Assembly: GCF_004010195.1 (NCBI RefSeq)
Contig: NC_057718.1
Span: forward strand, 46,739,274-46,790,205
Reading direction: 5' to 3'
DNA length: 50,932 bases
Source of the DNA: Chiloscyllium plagiosum
Taxonomy: Eukaryota
The notes beneath the pieces were generated by a model. It searched no databases. It saw only the letters and a program-made list of their open reading frames with translations, and was not told the origin of the DNA. Within the stretch, counting starts at the first letter, position 1, and every line of letters begins with the position of its first letter. Shown piece after piece: positions 46,866 through 50,932 of the stretch. A program made the translations under genes and the position numbers.

Positions 46866-49675
46866 TATAGAATCATAGAGTCATACAGCATAGAAACAGA
46901 CCCTTCGGTCCAACCAGTCCATGCCAAACATGATCCCAAACTAAACTAGTCCCACCTGCCTGTGCTTCGCCCATATCCCTCCAAACATTTCTTACCCATG
47001 TTTTTATTTAAATGTCTTTTAAACCTTTTAGCTCTACCTGCATCCAGTACTTCCACTGGAAATTTATTCCACACATTAACCACTCGCTGTGCCATAAAAA
47101 GTTTCCCTGTGCCTTTTTAAAATCTTTCTCCTCTCACATAAAACATAGAACATCAAACATTACAGTGCAGTACAGGCCCTTCAGCCCTTGATGTTGTGCC
47201 AACCTGTGGAACCAATCTGAAGCCCATCTAACCTACAGTATTCCATTTTCATCCATATATTTATCCAATGACCATTTAAAATGCCCTTAAACTTAACGAG
47301 TCTACTACTGTTGCCCCTACTACTCTCTGAGTAAAGAAACTACCTCTGACGTCTGTCTCATATCTATCCCCCCTCAATTTAAAGCTATGTCCCCTCATGC
47401 TAGCTATTGCCATCCAAGGAAAAAGGCTCTCCCTGTCCACCCTACCTAACCCTCTGATCATCTTATACGTCTCAATTAAGTCACCTCTCAACCCTCTTCT
47501 CTCTTAAAAAAAAGCCTCAAGTCCCTCAGCCTTTCCTCATAAGACCTTCCCTCCATACCAGGTAACATCCTAGCAAATCTCTTCTAAACCCTTTCCAAAG
47601 CTTCCACATCCTTCCTATAATGCAGTGACCAGAACTGTGTGCAATACTCCAAATGTGGCTGCACCATAGTTTTGTACACCTGCAACATGACCTCATGCCT
47701 CCGAAACTCAATCCCTCTACCAATAAAAGCTAACACACCATATGCCTTCTCAACAACCCTATCAACCTGGGAGGCAACTTTCAGAGATCTATGTACGTGG
47801 ACGCCGAGAATCTCTCTGCTCTTCTACACTACCAAGAATCTTAATATTAGCCCAGTATTCTTTATTCCCATTGCTCCTTCCAAAGTGAATCACCTCACAC
47901 TTTTCCACATTAAACTCCATTTGCCACCTCTCAGCCCAGCTTTGCAGTTTATCTATGTCCCTCTGTAACCTGCAACATCCTTCAACACTATACACAACTC
48001 CACCGACCTTAGTGTCATCTGCAAATTTACCAAACCATCCTTCTACGCCCTCATCTAGGTCATTTATATAAATGACAAACAGCAGTGACCCCAAATAGAT
48101 CTTTGCAGTACACCACTAGTAACTGAACTCCAGAATGAATATTTCCCATCAACCACCACCTTCTGTCTTCATTCAGCTAGCCAACTTCTGATCCAAACCG
48201 CTAAATCACCCTCAAGCCCATGCTTCCGTATTTTGTGCAATAGCCTACCGTGGGGAACCTGATCAAATGCCTTACTGAAATCCATATGCACCACAACTCA
48301 AGCACTTTACCCTCATCCACCTGTTTCCACCTCATCAAAGAACTCAATAAGGTTTGTGAGGCATGACCTACCCTTCACAAAACTGTGTTGACTATCCCTA
48401 ATCAACTTATTCCTCTCTAGATGATTATAAATCCTATCTCTTATAACCTTTTCCAACACTTTACCCACAATCAAAGTAAGGCTCACTGGTCTATAATTAC
48501 CAGGGTTGCCTCTACTCCCCTTCTTGAACAAGGGGCGGCATGATGGCTCAGTGGTTAGTACTGCTGCCTCACAGTACCAGGGACTTGGGTTCGATTCCAG
48601 CCTCGGACGACTGTCTGTGTGGACTTTACACATTCTCCCCATGTCTGTGTGGGTTTCCTCCGGGTGCTCCGGTTTCCTCCCACAGTCCCAAAGATGTGCA
48701 GGTCAGGTGAACTGGCCATGGTACATCACCCATAGTGTTAGATGCATTAGTCAGAGGGAAATGGGTCTGGGTGGGTTACTCTTTGGAGAGTCGGTGTGGA
48801 CTTGTTGGGCCGAAGGGCCTGTTTCCACACTGTAGGGAATCTAATTTGCTATCCTCCAGTCTTCTGGCAATATTCCTGTAGACAATGACGACATAAAGAT
48901 CAAAACCAAAGGCTCTGCAATCTCCTCCTTGGCTTCCCAGAGAATCCGAGGATGAATCCCATCCAGCCCAGGGGGCTTATCAATTTTCACATTCTCCAGA
49001 ATTGCTAACATCTCCTCCTTGTGAATCTCAATCCCTCTAGTCTAGTAGCCTATATCTCAGTATTCTCCTCAACAACATTATCTTTTTCCATTGTAAATAC
49101 TGAGGAAAAATATTCATTTAGTGCTTCTCCTATTTCCTCAGACTCCACGCACAACTTTCTACTATTGTCTTTGATTGGCCCTAATCTTTCTCTTGTCATT
49201 CTTTTATTCCTGGTATACCTACAGAAAGCTTTAGAGTTTTCCATGATACTATCTGCCAACAACTTCTCATGTCCCCTCCTGTCTTTAGGTCTTTCTTAGC
49301 TAACTTGTAACTCTCAAGCACCCTGACTGCACCTTCACGTCTCATCCTAACAGAAGCATTCTTCTTTCTCTTGACCACAGATTCAACTTCTTTAGTAAAC
49401 CAGGGCTCCCTTGCTCGACTACTTCCTCCCTGTCTGACAGGTACATACTTATCAAGGACACACAGTAGCTGTTCCTTGACTAAGCTCCAAATTTCAATTG
49501 TACAATAGGCTCCACATTTCAATCTTAAAAACATGCCCCTGAGTCTTGAAATCCCCTATCCTAGGGAAAATACAACTGACATTCACCTTATCTATACCCC
49601 TCATGATTTTCTAAAACTCTATAAGGTCACGCCCCAATCTTCAACGCTCAGATTAAAAAAGTCCCAGCCTATCCT
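46866..49675 (-). mobile_element. Nested CR1/HER1 LINEs: a host 3' end (46866-47140 and 49520-49675) split by a second copy (about 47141-49505)
   Basis: Two separate 3' tails (atagaatcatagagtcatac at 46868; aacatagaacatcaaacat at 47143). The inner copy encodes PGNYRPVSLT, SCLTNLIEFF, LLFVIYINDLDEG..KFADDTK and LRGDLIETYK. The host sequence resumes at 49520. Confidence 0.9.
48532..48845 (+). mobile_element. Full-length HE1 SINE inserted into the CR1 RT
   Basis: ggggcggcatgatggctcagtggttagtactgctgcctcacag...gggttcgattccagcc...cacactgtagggaatctaat; it interrupts the CR1 (NV)VPLFKKG motif. Confidence 0.93.
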
Positions 49676-49821
49676 CTCAAAATAACTCTCTGCTACATCT
49701 TTCTTAACAATTTCCAGCAAGTACATTTTACATCCATCACCGTCTCCTTAACAGCGTGCTCCATCCTCCAACATTATCAACTTTTCTGACTGACATCCAC
49801 ATTGGAGTTTTACCCACCCAA

Positions 49822-50010
49822 ACCTGGGGGTTAGTTAGTTCAGTTGGCTGGACAGCTGGCTTGTGATACAGCACGATTCAATTCCCATACTGACTGAGGT
49901 TACTTTGAAGATCCTGCTTTTTAAACACTTCCCCCACTATTTGTTGTTACTCTCAGGTTAAGCTCTCCTGAATGAGGGCAGCCTGATGGGCCTCTGGAAT
50001 GATGGCAGCT
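49822..50010 (+). mobile_element. Decayed tRNA-derived SINE
   Basis: tagttcagttggctggacagctgg (box A-like) and gattcaattccc (box B-like). Confidence 0.5.
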
Positions 50011-50139
50011 TCACCCTATCAAATCCTCCTCCCCCATCACTGCTCATCTGGTCTCTGCTGGTGAACAATTTGCATTTTAGATGTAAGCAAATCCCTCAGC
50101 ATCAATAGAGGAGTCAATTGGCATTTTGTGGCTATAATT

Positions 50140-50932
50140 TGCAGCCTCCTCTACATTGGGGAGACTGGACGCCTCTTAGCAGAGCGCTTTAGGGAACATC
50201 TCCGGGAGACCCGCACAAATCAACCACACCGCCCTGTGGCCCAACATTTCAACTTTCCCTCCCACTCTGCCGAGGACATGGAGGTCCTGGGCCCTCTTCA
50301 CCGCTGCTCCCTCACCACCAGACGCCTGGAGGAAGAACGCCTCATCTTCCGCCTCGGAACACTTCAACCCCAGGGCATCAATGTGGACTTCAACAGTTTC
50401 CTCGTTTCCCCTTCCCCATCTCACCCTAGTACCAAACTTCCAGCTCAGCACTGTCCCCATGACTTGGCCTACCTGCCTTCACCGCTGCTCCCTCACCACC
50501 AGACGCCTGGAGGAAGAACGCCTCATCTTCCGCCTCGGAACACTTCAACCCCAGGGCATCAATGTGGACTTCAACAGTTTCCTCGTTTCCCCTTCCCCAT
50601 CTCACCCTAGTACCAAACTTCCAGCTCAGCACTGTCCCCATGACTTGGCCTACCTGCCTATCTTCTTTTCCACCCATCCACTCCACCCTCCCCCCCTTCC
50701 CGACCTATCACCTTCATCCCCTCTCCTAATCATCTATTGTACTCTATGCTACTTTCTCCCAACCCCACCCTCCTCGAGCTCATCTCTCCATGCTTCAGGC
50801 TCACTGCCTTTATTCCTGATGAAGGGCTTTTGCCAATAATGTCGATTTCGCTGCTCTTTGGATGCTCGCCAAACTGCTGTGCTCTTCCAGCACCACTAAT
50901 CCAAAATCTGGTTTCCAGCATCTGCAGTCATT
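50140..50932 (+). mobile_element. Penelope-like element 3' part (GIY-YIG endonuclease plus UTR) with an internal 181-bp tandem duplication
   Basis: CSLLYIGETGRLLAERFREHL...HRPVAQHFN...RRLEEERLIFRLGTLQP; 50296-50476 is repeated exactly at 50477-50657. Confidence 0.93.

Noticed and set aside
48532..48610. tRNA-like sequence with A and B boxes (also at 18490 and 22698)
   Set aside because: These are HE1 SINE heads continuing into SINE body and LINE-derived tail, not tRNA genes.

Overview
Eukaryotic genomic DNA from a cartilaginous fish. HE1-type SINEs, CR1/HER1-type LINEs and Penelope-like elements point to an elasmobranch (shark). The only host gene I can support is vasohibin-2 (VASH2, tubulin tyrosine carboxypeptidase) on the minus strand. 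Two exons are present: a 382-nt catalytic-core exon (37510-37129), preceded by a U12 (minor spliceosome) type branch point and acceptor, and a 116-nt exon (34300-34185). I did not find the upstream exons or the canonical last exon, so most or all of the rest is probably VASH2 intron. That remainder is a dense mosaic of decayed mobile elements. These include CR1/HER1, Rex1/Babar-like, Tx1/L1-like and other LINEs, HE1 and other SINEs, and many Penelope-like elements (PLEs) whose 3' ends carry minimal hammerhead-ribozyme-like motifs. There is also a solo LTR nested in a PLE beside an assembly gap, a TA-flanked foldback MITE, Harbinger Myb/SANT gene fossils and a possible hAT fossil. I see no clearly new protein-coding system. 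The best second-look items are the covarying hammerhead-like motifs, the U12 intron with a strong cryptic U2 acceptor inside it, and several unusual insertion architectures. All family names come from remembered motifs, not from database searches.
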